Of a stretch of DNA of 64,000 bases, positions 9,311-18,878 are shown in pieces (the first letter of the stretch is position 1; every line of letters begins with the position of its first letter). The position numbers were made by a program, and so were the translations under genes. This stretch comes from an uncultured Elusimicrobia bacterium (GTDB lineage: Bacteria; Elusimicrobiota; Elusimicrobia; 2-01-FULL-59-12). The stretch spans positions 2,368,001-2,432,000 of the forward strand of contig OY969767.1 in the NCBI GenBank assembly GCA_963702895.1, in the 5' to 3' direction. Below the pieces are notes generated by a model. The model was given only the letters and a program-made list of their open reading frames with translations. It was not told the origin of the DNA and made no database searches.

Positions 9311-9783
9311 GGTATCTCCAAGTACTGGATATGTTTTTTCGCCACGGCTTTCAGGGATTCATCCTGGCTCAAGGAAAGGAAACGGTGCCAGGCGTCCAGC
9401 GCGCGGTCTTTGCTCCCGTTCTTTTCATAAATGAGCGCCAAGTGATAATAAGAAGCCACCGAGCTGGGGTTGACAGAGATCGATCGTTCCAGGGCCCGCA
9501 AGGCGACTTCGAGGTTGCCCATGCGGCTGGCGACCAGGCCCAGCGCCAAGGCCAATTCGGCATTGTTCTGGTCGAGGGCATAAGCGAGTTGGAGTTCCGT
9601 ATAGGCTTCGTTATAGCGCCCCAGGCGCTCATAAGCGAGACCGGTCTGGTAGTGTTGGGCGGCGGAATCAGCCGCCCACGCGAGCGGAAGAGCTGAAAAC
9701 AGAAGGGTGAAGAGCGTAGAACGCAGCACCAGGAAAATCTTTGCTCCCTTCGCCCTTCGCCCCTCTCTTTTCAAATTGGCCAT
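9307..9783 (-). CDS. Secreted TPR-repeat protein
   Basis: Signal peptide ending AWA|A followed by three TPR motifs. Confidence 0.85.
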   Translation of the reverse strand: MANLKREGRRAKGAKIFLVLRSTLFTLLFSALPLAWAADSAAQHYQTGLAYERLGRYNEAYTELQLAYALDQNNAELALALGLVASRMGNLEVALRALERSISVNPSSVASYYHLALIYEKNGSKDRALDAWHRFLSLSQDESLKAVAKKHIQYLEIP

Positions 9784-9789
9784 CTTGGT

Positions 9790-10236
9790 TCAGCGCTCCA
9801 TCTCGAGAATTTTCTTGACGCGGCGCGCGTGGCGGCCAGAGCCAAAACGCGTTTTGAGGAAAGCGCGGACGGATTGCCTCGCTTTCGGAAAGCTCATGAA
9901 ACGCGCGGGCAAACAGACAATATTGGCCCCATTGTGCTCAGAAGCAAGTGCCGCGACCCGAGGGTTCCAGGCCACCGCTGCTCGGACTCCAGGGCATTTA
10001 TTCGCCGCAATGGACATGCCAATACCTGTCCCACAAAGGAGGATCCCTTTGGACACGCGCTGTTTTGAAACGGCTTCGGCGACTTCCCGCGCGAAATCCG
10101 GATAGTCCACCGAGTCCTCAGAATCAGTCCCGACATCCAGGACCTTGTGCCTGCCTCCGCGGGGCGCCCTGAGCCACTGGATCAACTGCGATTTCAACTT
10201 CAATCCAGCGTGATCGGCGCCAATGGCCAGCTTCAT
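9790..10236 (-). CDS. rpiB: Ribose-5-phosphate isomerase B
   Basis: MKLAIGADHAG, SVDYPD, CGTGIGMSIAANK, HNGAN, GRHARRV; ATG overlaps the tpiA stop. Confidence 0.96.
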   Translation of the reverse strand: MKLAIGADHAGLKLKSQLIQWLRAPRGGRHKVLDVGTDSEDSVDYPDFAREVAEAVSKQRVSKGILLCGTGIGMSIAANKCPGVRAAVAWNPRVAALASEHNGANIVCLPARFMSFPKARQSVRAFLKTRFGSGRHARRVKKILEMER

Positions 10237-11000
10237 TTTGTGGGAACCGGAACTTGGCCGTAGAGGACGATCTTCGCAAAGGAATCCGCCTCCAGGCTTG
10301 CCCCGCCGACAAGACCGCCATCGATGTCGGCTTCCTTCATGAGGCTCGCCATGTTGTCGGGCTTGACGGACCCTCCATAGAGAATGCGTACGGCCGCGGC
10401 GGCCGCTTCGCCGTAGAGTTTGGCGAATTCCTTGCGGATAAAAGCGTGCGCTTCCTGGGCTTGGGCAGGGGTCGCTGTCTTTCCCGTCCCAATCGCCCAA
10501 ACCGGCTCGTAGGCGATCACAAGGGTGGCGGGACTCGACAGGCCTTTGAGGCCTTCACGGATCTGGCGCTCGAGGACCTTGAAAGTTTGATGGGCCTCGC
10601 GCTCCTGGAGTGTCTCGCCAATGCAGCTAATCGAAGTCAGCCCCGCTGCCTGGACCGCCAGCGTTCTTTTATTGACGGCGGTATCCGTCTCGCCGAAATA
10701 CTGGCGCCTTTCGGAGTGGCCGATGACCACGTGCGTCACGCCGATTTCCTTGAGCATCCCCACGGCGACTTCGCCCGTATAGGCGCCCTTCTCTTCCCAA
10801 TGCGCGTTCTGGGCGCCCGCGCGGATGGAGCTTCCCTTCAGCTCTTCCGCCAGCGTCCAAAGCGCCGTAAAGGGCGCGCAGAGGACGATGTCACGGTCTT
10901 TCGCTGATTCGACGAGGGATTTGAAGGCTCTGACAAACGCGCGGGTGTCCGAAGCGGTCTTAAACATCTTCCAATTGCCAGCAATAAGGGGTATTCGCAT
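10233..11000 (-). CDS. tpiA: Triosephosphate isomerase
   Basis: AGNWKM, GHSERR, AYEPVWAIGTG, LYGGSVK, GGLVGGASL. Confidence 0.98.
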   Translation of the reverse strand: MRIPLIAGNWKMFKTASDTRAFVRAFKSLVESAKDRDIVLCAPFTALWTLAEELKGSSIRAGAQNAHWEEKGAYTGEVAVGMLKEIGVTHVVIGHSERRQYFGETDTAVNKRTLAVQAAGLTSISCIGETLQEREAHQTFKVLERQIREGLKGLSSPATLVIAYEPVWAIGTGKTATPAQAQEAHAFIRKEFAKLYGEAAAAAVRILYGGSVKPDNMASLMKEADIDGGLVGGASLEADSFAKIVLYGQVPVPTK

Positions 11001-11043
11001 GGTCGAATTTTACTTTATCGGCAGCCCGCGAGTATGGTGTTGA

Positions 11044-11136
11044 CGTATCGGGGTACCGGAGTGTCGGGGTAACGGGGTATCGGAGTCACGACGTGGATAT
11101 GAAGTTGTTACTCCGTTACTCCGTTACTCCGATACG
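11044..11136. repeat. Intergenic hairpin built from 8-bp tandem units (GTATCGGR/GTAACGGR and reverse complement)
   Basis: gtatcggggtaccggagtgtcggggtaacggggtatcggagt ... actccgttactccgttactccgatac; same family as the in-frame copies at 37246, 38407 and 38633. Confidence 0.8.
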
Positions 11137-11153
11137 ATGGAAACACCCGGCGG

Positions 11154-12932
11154 CTAACGCGCTACGGGCGGGGAGACCGGTACCGGTACGGTCTCTTTGA
11201 GCGGGAGGCGGAACGTGAAGACGCTTCCTTCTTTAGGCTGGCTGTAGAGCTGGATGTGGCCGTGGTGGGCTTCCACCACCATTTTGCAGAAGGTGAGGCC
11301 AAGACCCGTGCCCGTTCTCACTTTGGCTTTCTGGCTTTCCCCCTGCACAAATTTGTCAAAGATATGAGGCTGTTCGTCCAGAGGAATTCCCTCTCCATTG
11401 TCCCGCACCTCCACCGCCAAATGCTTGCCATCGCGAAAGAGCGAGACGACCACTTCCCCGGAGGCGCGGGGCACGTAACGGAGGGCGTTCGACACCAAAT
11501 TTCCCAGGACTCTCCCCAGAAGGGCCGGGTCGCCCTCCACGGGCGGAAGATCAACCGCCAGCATCAGCTTGAGGGACTTGCTCGCTGAATCGGCCAGCGG
11601 CCGGAAATTGGAGATGACGCTCGTCGCCCAATCGGTCGGCGTGAAGAGCTCGGGGTGGAGCTTGAGCTTTCCATCTTCCATGCGGGCCACGTCCAAGAGA
11701 TTCTGAATGAGCATGAGCATCTCCTGGGCGGAGCGCCGGGCCATCTGCACAAAGGACACCTGCTGCTCCGATAAGTTTCCCATCTCCCCCATGAGCAGGT
11801 TCTCCAGGCTTGGCAGGATGGTCGAGAGGGGCATTTTTAAATCATGCACGATCATGCTGATCAGATCGCGCCGCATGCGCTCGAGGTCCCCAAGCGATCG
11901 CGTCATCTTCTCAAACGTCGCCGCCAGGTCCTCAAGCTCGTCCTGGGTGTGGATTTCGAGATGCACCTCGCGCTTGCCTTGGCCCACTTCTTCGACAGCC
12001 TCCCGCAGGAGTCGCAAGGGCTTGAGAATCCGCCAGGAAATAAACATCGCCAGGAGAAGAAAGACAACCACGGACACCAGGGTCCAGAGAATGAATTGTC
12101 GCCGCATCCGCTCCAGGGGCGCGTAAACGTGCTTTTGGGGCTGCTGAATGACGACAGCGCTCTTGAGAAGCGGAATGGGATAAGCGAGTGAGAGATACGT
12201 GTGATCTTCGTCGTCTTGGCTCGGCGTGAGCCCGGTGGGGGCCTTGGGGTTGATCATCCACTCCCGCACCACAGGCAGGGCCGCCCAGTTGGCATGGGCA
12301 AAGACCAGTTCTTCCTTCGGATGAGCGAGGAGCATCCCCTTGCCGTCCACAATAAAGGCATCTCCTGGCATGCCCGAGGAAGCCTGAGCAAGGAGCTCCC
12401 CCAGCTTGGTGAAGCTCATTTTGACCACGATCGCTCCCGATCGCTTCGGGTTTGCAAACGAACGGATCGGCACACCCAGCAAAATGGTTGGGGCCCTGTT
12501 TCCGGCAAAAAAGGCCGCCCCGACGTAGGGCTGTCGGAAATCCTCCGGCCGACGGACCAGGCGCGGAGGAGGACCGGTACGGCTCACCTTGAGCAGTTCC
12601 TGGCCCGAAGCATGGACATACATGGTTTCTTGAAAATCAGACGATTGCCGGAGCAGGTTGCGCAAGGCCTCATACTGATCCACGCGGGAGCCCGCGGAAA
12701 AGAAGGAACTGTTGGCCACCAAGGCCGCGAGGTCCTGGGCATGAGCGATTTCGCTGTTGACCTCCTCCGCCAGCCGGCGCGCGAGTTCGGTCTGATGCTG
12801 CGTGATATTGTTGAGAAGCACCCGGGAACTGATGGAGCGGTAGAGGGCCGAAATGAGGAGCGCCGGCAAGACCACCGCGGCGATGGACAAGAGCATGAGG
12901 CGAACAATCAGGGAATGGCGCCGAAGCTTCAT
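11154..12932 (-). CDS. Membrane sensor histidine kinase (Cache-like + HAMP + HisKA + HATPase)
   Basis: Two TM helices, HAMP (DELEDLAATFEKM), VHDLKMPL, NALRY, DNGEGI, GTGLGL. Confidence 0.92.
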   Translation of the reverse strand: MKLRRHSLIVRLMLLSIAAVVLPALLISALYRSISSRVLLNNITQHQTELARRLAEEVNSEIAHAQDLAALVANSSFFSAGSRVDQYEALRNLLRQSSDFQETMYVHASGQELLKVSRTGPPPRLVRRPEDFRQPYVGAAFFAGNRAPTILLGVPIRSFANPKRSGAIVVKMSFTKLGELLAQASSGMPGDAFIVDGKGMLLAHPKEELVFAHANWAALPVVREWMINPKAPTGLTPSQDDEDHTYLSLAYPIPLLKSAVVIQQPQKHVYAPLERMRRQFILWTLVSVVVFLLLAMFISWRILKPLRLLREAVEEVGQGKREVHLEIHTQDELEDLAATFEKMTRSLGDLERMRRDLISMIVHDLKMPLSTILPSLENLLMGEMGNLSEQQVSFVQMARRSAQEMLMLIQNLLDVARMEDGKLKLHPELFTPTDWATSVISNFRPLADSASKSLKLMLAVDLPPVEGDPALLGRVLGNLVSNALRYVPRASGEVVVSLFRDGKHLAVEVRDNGEGIPLDEQPHIFDKFVQGESQKAKVRTGTGLGLTFCKMVVEAHHGHIQLYSQPKEGSVFTFRLPLKETVPVPVSPPVAR

Positions 12933-13525
12933 CGTGGGGGGAGGCTCGAACCGGGCGCAAAGGGTTCCGAAGGAACAATCGTGCCCGGAGGGAGTTTCTT
13001 GGAGGGCGCCGATTTCTTATGGAGCGCGATCGGCGGCGGCTTGGGGCCAGGACCGGGGAGGTCTTTCACCATCGCGTATTCCACGCAGCGTTCTGGAAAA
13101 TAGACGCAGCGCACGCACTCCGTCCAAACCTTGTGCGGCAGGTGATCTTTGGACACATGATGGAATCCAAAACGTTCAAAAAAACCGGATCGGAGGGTCA
13201 GGGTGAAAAGCCTTCGCACGTGGAGAGACGCCGCGGTCTGGGTCACCGCCTCCAGGAGTCTCTTCCCGAGGCCCCGCCCCTGATACTTTTCGTCGACCGC
13301 CAAGGCCTTCACTTCCGCGAGGTTGTCCCAGGTGACATAGAGCGCGCAAGTCCCGATCACCTTGCCTCGGGCTTCCGCGACAAAAAACTGCTGGAGGTTC
13401 TCATAGATTTCCGCGATGGACCGCGGAAGGAGCTCGCGCTTGTCCGCGAAGCGGTTGAGGAGCTGGTGCATCGCCTGGGCATCTTCCATCCGGGCTTTAC
13501 GGATGAAAACGCCCTTTTTCTTCAT
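12929..13525 (-). CDS. GNAT N-acetyltransferase (short N-acetylglutamate synthase/ArgA-like)
   Basis: LLPRS, AEVKALAV, QGRGLG, LPHKVWTECVRC; start MKKKG at 13525. Confidence 0.85.
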   Translation of the reverse strand: MKKKGVFIRKARMEDAQAMHQLLNRFADKRELLPRSIAEIYENLQQFFVAEARGKVIGTCALYVTWDNLAEVKALAVDEKYQGRGLGKRLLEAVTQTAASLHVRRLFTLTLRSGFFERFGFHHVSKDHLPHKVWTECVRCVYFPERCVEYAMVKDLPGPGPKPPPIALHKKSAPSKKLPPGTIVPSEPFAPGSSLPPR

Positions 13526-13526
13526 C

Positions 13527-16500
13527 TTACTTGCGGACCCCGAGGCAGAAAACGGACAGACGGTGTGAGAGGTCCGGGCTGGACATCGCGGCCAGCTGAT
13601 CGACCCAGGCGCTCGCCTGCCGCCGCGCTTCACGCATTTTGGGCAGGCGCACCTCGCGGTAACCGCGGACCTGCTCGGGACAGGACAGAATGTTCACCCA
13701 ATAAGCATAGGCTTTTTGGCTCTCCGGTTCGAAATGCGCCACAAGGTCAAGGTACCAGTCCCGGAAGTCCCTCTCCGCCTGATGCCACCCCGGCAGGAGC
13801 TTTCGTAGGAACTTCATGCGCTTCACGAGATTCAACTGCCAATCTTTCGTCACCATGTCCCAGCGCACACTCCGACCGAAGAACGTCAATTCAGGCCGGT
13901 TGAGGTGCCGGTACTTCAGGCGGTCGCCGCGCGCGGGGTCCAGCCGGTAGCGCGCGAGGTCCCGCGCGCGCTTTTCCGGGCTTGTTAAAAGATGCGCCAC
14001 ATAGACCTCATCCTTGATGGCCATGACCTTGAATGCGTTTTGAATGACCGCGCGTGTGGCGGCATGCTTCCACTCTTTGCGGTCTTTCGCCGCGACGGCG
14101 CGCACAAGGGCCGCGTAGCGCGCCATCAAAGCATACCCCTCATAGTGGACGAGCTCATAGGCGCGAAGCGCGAAATCCCGGTGGGCCGCCTCATCGATAT
14201 CGATCTCAAGGACCGTCTCCCCAACGAGGACGCGCCAGGCTTCCGCGAGGGCATGTCCATAGGACTTGGACAAGATGCTGTGCTTTTCCTTGAGGAACGT
14301 TGGATAGCCAGGAGGGGCTGAAGTGATGCGCACGCTTTCCGGCCAGACCGCCAGCGCCCGCCCCAAATGAAAAGCGTTGAGGTTGACCGCCCGGTCATCT
14401 TTCGGGACAGAAGCGGCCAGGCAGGACTCCATGGTTTCCAGCGAAAAGGGCAGGCGGCCCAGCTGAAGCGCCGCGCCCAGAAGCATAATGTTGGCGTAGA
14501 GCTTGGAGCCGAAATAGGCTTCGGAAATGAGCGCCAGATCTTCCCCCCAGAAGCCGTCGGGGCGGACGTTGGAGCGCAGCATCCGTTCATAGACCGAAAG
14601 ATCGGCTTCCTCCGTCCCCAGCAGCATTCGGATCGTGGGGGTGCTCGCCGTGTTGACAACGGCAAAGGTTTTCCCGGTGCTGCCCACGCGCCAATGCGCC
14701 GCCGAATCAAGCCCGCGGGCGGCTTCCAGCAGATCAATGCCCAGGATCAAATCCGCCTTGCCGTAGGACATGAGCGGCGAGCGCACGCCCCCGGAGCGGC
14801 TCACGAGAAGCTCGGCGAAAACGCTGCCGTTTCGGACGGCCAGCCCCTTCTTCTCAGAGAAAAGAACGCGGTACCCCTGGCGGTGCGCGGCCAGGACCAG
14901 GATCGCGGTGACCACACCGGTGCCCTGTCCGCCGACGCCCGCCGTGAAGGCGGCCCAATCGTTTTCGATCTCCAGCACGCGCGGGGCCGGCAGCTTCTCG
15001 AAAGAAGGCAAGGGGCGGAAGGGCGAAGCGGCGCGTCGGCGCTGAACGATCACTTCCTCAAAAGCCGGGCAAGCTTTGACTTTCGCGCAGGCGCCATCCG
15101 ACACGCAGTGGGTGAGGTCCGTCGCGATCTTGGGACCATAGGGCGTCTGTTCGATCGTCAGGCCGGGACATCCCGTGGTCTTCGTGCACTCCAAGCAGAA
15201 TTCGCAGGCTTCCGGGGTCACATTGATGTGCCGCTCGACCGGCAAATACCCTTTGCTCCGCAGAATCTTCTTTTTTTCCCGTCGTTCACGACGCTGATAG
15301 GTGAGACCGCATTCCTTGTCGGCGATGACGATCTTCACGCCATCCTGAAGGATGGTTTCTTCCAGGAGCTCACGGTAGCTGTCCCGATAGCCGGGGTTCG
15401 TGCGATAGATCGGAAGTTGATGGCCCGCCATGCCGCGGACAATGGATTCAATATTTTGCGCGAAGGTTTTCTCCCCCATCAGGTTGAGCTCGGTGCCGGG
15501 GGTGGGCTGGTGACCGGTCATGGCCGTTGTTTTGTTGTCCAAAATGACGTACGTGATGTCCTGGCCCGCCTTGATGGAGTCCGAGATGGCCAGCATCCCG
15601 GAATGGAAGAAGGTGGAGTCCCCCAGGAAGACCACTTGCTTGTTCGTGATGAAGGGGTCCGCCCCGGCGCCGGTCCCGCCACCCAGGCCCATCCCAGAAT
15701 AGTTATGCATCAGGCCCTGATTGGGCTCGAACATGAGCATGGTGAAACACCCGGTTTCGCCGTGAAAAATGAGGTCGGTCGGCGCGCGGCGATGGACCCG
15801 CCGCATGTAAGCGGCATCAAGGAAATCTTTTTTGATGTCAAGGAAAACAGAAGAGGAATCGCGGTGCGGGCAGCCCGGGCAAAAAGCCGGCGTGCGAACA
15901 GGCAAGCGCGTGGCTGCGGCAGAGGTGGCTTCGAGAATCGCCTGTTCTGCGCGAAGCTTGGCCACGATGCCGTCATCCCCTGCGGCCTTAAGCAGGGGAT
16001 CCATCATGGAAGTATTCATGGATCCCCCGGTAACGGCCAGGGGGGATGACGTCGAGAACAAGCGAACAAAAACGGGTATCAACCTTTCCATGATCACCGA
16101 AGGGTTGAGCCCCCGCGCCTCGGGAATCCCCGCCAGACCATCCGGGAATTTCTTTCCCCAGAGAGATGGCTTTGCCCCGGCGTCATGAAGGATTTTGAGC
16201 ACTTGGGCTTCGATAAAACCGCGTTTTTCTTCGATCACCAGGATGGCGTCGACCCCGCCCGCAAGCTCCAGCACGGCCTGAGGATCGACGGGATAGGTCA
16301 GTCCCAGTTTGAGAATGGGAAAATGTCCGTTTAAGCCCAGCTCGGAAAGCGCGTGCTCCAGGTAACAGTAGGCGAGACCCGAGGCGATGAAACCCAAAGA
16401 CGTCATCCCGGCATGACGTAAGCCGTCCCCTTCCTCTGATTTTATAGGAAGGGACAGTCCCCCGGTTGTTAGGGGGACGGGATCCATCGTGTTGTTAAAC

Positions 16501-17273
16501 TTATGGATCCCCCCCTTACGACCGGGGGGGATGACGACATTCACTTTGAGACGGCGCGCCTCGCTGAGGAGCCGTTCAAAGCGTTCCGGCAAGCTCGCTT
16601 CCCGATGCCAGGTGCGCGGGGGAAGGAGGACCTGGGTGTCAAGGTTGATCTTGGAGGAATCCAACGTGACGGGGTTCAGCAGATTGGGTACGGCAGGCCT
16701 GTTACGGCGCACCCACACGGTGCCTCCCCCATCCGCCTGATGGGTCGTGATCAGATAAGTCAGATAGAGGTCCGAATGGCTGGAAAGCTCAAAGGCCGTG
16801 TGGATCCAGTCTTTGACCTCCTGAAAGGTGGCGGGCTCCAGCACCGGCATGTGCAGGTGTTGGGCGAGGAACCGGGAGTCGTTATTGATTTGCGTGGAAT
16901 CGATCCAGGGGTCGTCCCCGACCACCACGATGCTGCCGCCGGCGTTCCGCGGCTCGGAAAGATTGCCAAGGGCAAGGCCGTCCGCCGCCACATGAAGGCC
17001 TACGCTCTTCATCACCGCCATGGCGCGCGCGCCGGCCATGCGCGCGCCGTTGAGCCGCGCCACCGAGAGGGCCTCGTTGTTGGCCATTTCGGCGAGAACC
17101 CCGCGCTTCTTCAGAAGCTCCTGGTTGGCGCTCGCCGCGTCAAAAACCTCGGAGACCGGCGAGCCGGGGTAGCCGGTGATGAGCGAACAGCCCGCTTCGA
17201 GCGCCCCTTTGAGCAGGAGCTCGTTGCCGGTGAAGACTTCTGTTCCCTCTTCTTTTAGGAATCTCTCGTCCAT
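13527..17273 (-). CDS. Fused indolepyruvate:ferredoxin oxidoreductase family protein
   Basis: TGYPGSP, NEA, FCPGCPH, TPP motif GDSTFFHSG..DNKTTAMTGHQ, ferredoxin CEFCLEC..CP, AGVGGQG, KVMAIKDEVYVA; contains two in-frame REP insertions. Confidence 0.92.
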   Translation of the reverse strand: MDERFLKEEGTEVFTGNELLLKGALEAGCSLITGYPGSPVSEVFDAASANQELLKKRGVLAEMANNEALSVARLNGARMAGARAMAVMKSVGLHVAADGLALGNLSEPRNAGGSIVVVGDDPWIDSTQINNDSRFLAQHLHMPVLEPATFQEVKDWIHTAFELSSHSDLYLTYLITTHQADGGGTVWVRRNRPAVPNLLNPVTLDSSKINLDTQVLLPPRTWHREASLPERFERLLSEARRLKVNVVIPPGRKGGIHKFNNTMDPVPLTTGGLSLPIKSEEGDGLRHAGMTSLGFIASGLAYCYLEHALSELGLNGHFPILKLGLTYPVDPQAVLELAGGVDAILVIEEKRGFIEAQVLKILHDAGAKPSLWGKKFPDGLAGIPEARGLNPSVIMERLIPVFVRLFSTSSPLAVTGGSMNTSMMDPLLKAAGDDGIVAKLRAEQAILEATSAAATRLPVRTPAFCPGCPHRDSSSVFLDIKKDFLDAAYMRRVHRRAPTDLIFHGETGCFTMLMFEPNQGLMHNYSGMGLGGGTGAGADPFITNKQVVFLGDSTFFHSGMLAISDSIKAGQDITYVILDNKTTAMTGHQPTPGTELNLMGEKTFAQNIESIVRGMAGHQLPIYRTNPGYRDSYRELLEETILQDGVKIVIADKECGLTYQRRERREKKKILRSKGYLPVERHINVTPEACEFCLECTKTTGCPGLTIEQTPYGPKIATDLTHCVSDGACAKVKACPAFEEVIVQRRRAASPFRPLPSFEKLPAPRVLEIENDWAAFTAGVGGQGTGVVTAILVLAAHRQGYRVLFSEKKGLAVRNGSVFAELLVSRSGGVRSPLMSYGKADLILGIDLLEAARGLDSAAHWRVGSTGKTFAVVNTASTPTIRMLLGTEEADLSVYERMLRSNVRPDGFWGEDLALISEAYFGSKLYANIMLLGAALQLGRLPFSLETMESCLAASVPKDDRAVNLNAFHLGRALAVWPESVRITSAPPGYPTFLKEKHSILSKSYGHALAEAWRVLVGETVLEIDIDEAAHRDFALRAYELVHYEGYALMARYAALVRAVAAKDRKEWKHAATRAVIQNAFKVMAIKDEVYVAHLLTSPEKRARDLARYRLDPARGDRLKYRHLNRPELTFFGRSVRWDMVTKDWQLNLVKRMKFLRKLLPGWHQAERDFRDWYLDLVAHFEPESQKAYAYWVNILSCPEQVRGYREVRLPKMREARRQASAWVDQLAAMSSPDLSHRLSVFCLGVRK
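15971..16051. repeat. CGTC-type REP doublet inserted in-frame in the oxidoreductase gene
   Basis: cgtcatcccctgc..gcaggggatccat..atggatccccc..gggggatgacg; 81 bp. Confidence 0.85.
16401..16536. repeat. CGTC-type REP doublet with a nested 54-bp GTCCC..GGGAC element, in-frame
   Basis: cgtcatcccggcatgacgtaagcc[16425-16478]gggatccatc; matches the uninterrupted copy at 44720. Confidence 0.8.
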
Positions 17274-17433
17274 AGTTAAAAGCTGTTCTGACGCGCCACC
17301 GGCGGAAGTCCGCCCCACAAGAGGCCCCCTAGGACGCGCGCACAGGAGTATGCCGGAGAGCGCCGTACGAAGGGCTGGATGACGAATTATAACAAGTCAG
17401 GCGAATACTTGGGGAGAAGAGGTCACGGCCCCT

Positions 17434-18753
17434 TTATTCAACCCACTGATCTCTAAGGAGCAGGTCTTCCAGGGTGAGCCCGCGGACGTGAGAAGTTTCG
17501 AAGCGCTGCTTATTCACAACAAGCAGGCGGCCTTTAGGAAAGGAACGCGCAAACCAGGAAAACTCAAGAGGCGAAGCACTCCCGCGTTTAACTTCAATAA
17601 AGCAGTTTGGTTCAAACATATAATCCAGTTCATGCTCCTTGGTTTGCCAAAACGTTAAGAGTTCCGGCGTTTGGTCTCCAGCGATGGCACGCCGGCGCCA
17701 AATTTCCTGGGCCACAGCCCATTCAAGAAACATCCCTTGGACCGTTTCTGGCAAACGCTCATATTCCCCTACAGACCAGGGACGCATCGGGTGCCATGCC
17801 GCCGCGACCAGGAGATTGAGAAAGGGATATTTCGCCTGCTTCCTCGGGAGGCGAATGTGTTTGGCGCTGTCCCAGACCTGGCTCTGTCCGACACACAAAA
17901 GATCTGCCAAAAACTCTATGTAGCCGGCCGCGACCGTGTTGTTGGCGAGCGCTGCTTCCCGGGCGAGCTTGGCCTGTCCAATGGCATCTCCTCCGTGACG
18001 GGTCAAATAATCCAATACAGCAACGACCGCCGAACGCGAACGCCCGGCCGCAGCACATTCTCCATACACCCAATCACGCACAAGCTCAATCAGGTAAGGA
18101 GGGAGATTTCCTTGGGTGGCCAATTCCGTCAGCGCAATGGGGGAGCCTCCTGAAATCAGGTAGGCAGGTATCAGTTGATCTCCCATCTGATCGCCGCACT
18201 TGTCCTTGAAGGCCCGAAAGGAGATTGGCGTAAACAGGTAGGCCGTTCGGTCAAGCCGCCCTTTGCGGCCGGGGAGACGCTCAATTCCACGGCGCAGGTC
18301 ATGCGCCCTAGAACCTGTTGTGACCACCAGCACCTCTCTCAACACCCCGCTGTCCAGGAGCCTCTTTAGAACTCCTGTCCATCCCTCGATAGCCGTGACT
18401 TCATCAATAAAAAGCCGTTTGACCGGAGCCTCTTTCGCAAAAAGAGGTAATAGGGATTGAAGGGCTTCCAAAAAGTCCCGTGCGCGGGGGATCTCGTCCC
18501 CATTCAAATAGAAACAGCTCCCAGCACCAAATGCCTGGATGGTGTGACAGATTTGTTGCTCAAGCCAGGTGCTTTTTCCATACTGGCGCGCGCCGCGGAT
18601 GGTGAGCATACCCGGCTCGCGCGGGAGCTCCGGCAGGCCGAAATCAACCGTGAAGACATGCGGCGCGCGCCCCAGCTGCTCCACATGCGGAAATAGTCCC
18701 GGAACGTCCAGCCGACCTTCAGCCAAGGCTTGGTTGATCTGATTAACGTTCAT
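17434..18753 (-). CDS. AAA+ ATPase (AAA_14 / DUF4143-like)
   Basis: Walker A GARQYGKST, Walker B LFIDEV, TGS, C-terminal ELDY..IEVK nuclease-like motif. Confidence 0.85.
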   Translation of the reverse strand: MNVNQINQALAEGRLDVPGLFPHVEQLGRAPHVFTVDFGLPELPREPGMLTIRGARQYGKSTWLEQQICHTIQAFGAGSCFYLNGDEIPRARDFLEALQSLLPLFAKEAPVKRLFIDEVTAIEGWTGVLKRLLDSGVLREVLVVTTGSRAHDLRRGIERLPGRKGRLDRTAYLFTPISFRAFKDKCGDQMGDQLIPAYLISGGSPIALTELATQGNLPPYLIELVRDWVYGECAAAGRSRSAVVAVLDYLTRHGGDAIGQAKLAREAALANNTVAAGYIEFLADLLCVGQSQVWDSAKHIRLPRKQAKYPFLNLLVAAAWHPMRPWSVGEYERLPETVQGMFLEWAVAQEIWRRRAIAGDQTPELLTFWQTKEHELDYMFEPNCFIEVKRGSASPLEFSWFARSFPKGRLLVVNKQRFETSHVRGLTLEDLLLRDQWVE

Positions 18754-18788
18754 GACGTTATGGTACCTAACGTCTTGGACGTTAGCAA
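18744..18788 (-). promoter_or_regulatory. Sigma70-like promoter (leaderless) with two palindromic operators
   Basis: Minus strand TTGCTA-17 bp-TACCAT ending 6 nt before the ATG; TAACGT-N5-ACGTTA at 18744-18760 and 18768-18784. Confidence 0.6.
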
Positions 18789-18878
18789 TGGTTTTCTATT
18801 CGCCGAGGGTGTGATGCCTTTGCGCCGACTCGCCGGCTCTCCAATTCGCCGGCTCGCCTGTTCGATCCAGAAACAGCC

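Noticed and set aside
10237..10500. N-terminal extension of rpiB in the ORF track
   Set aside because: Overlaps tpiA; the real start is the ATG at 10236. Similar over-extended starts were trimmed for HAD, GNAT, nadK, thioesterase and ABC-F
14367..16049. 560-aa plus-strand ORF
   Set aside because: Antisense shadow of the oxidoreductase in GC-rich DNA
18822..18858. Short TCGCCGRC octamer run after the giant gene
   Set aside because: Only about four degenerate units; probably another repeat family but too short to support separately
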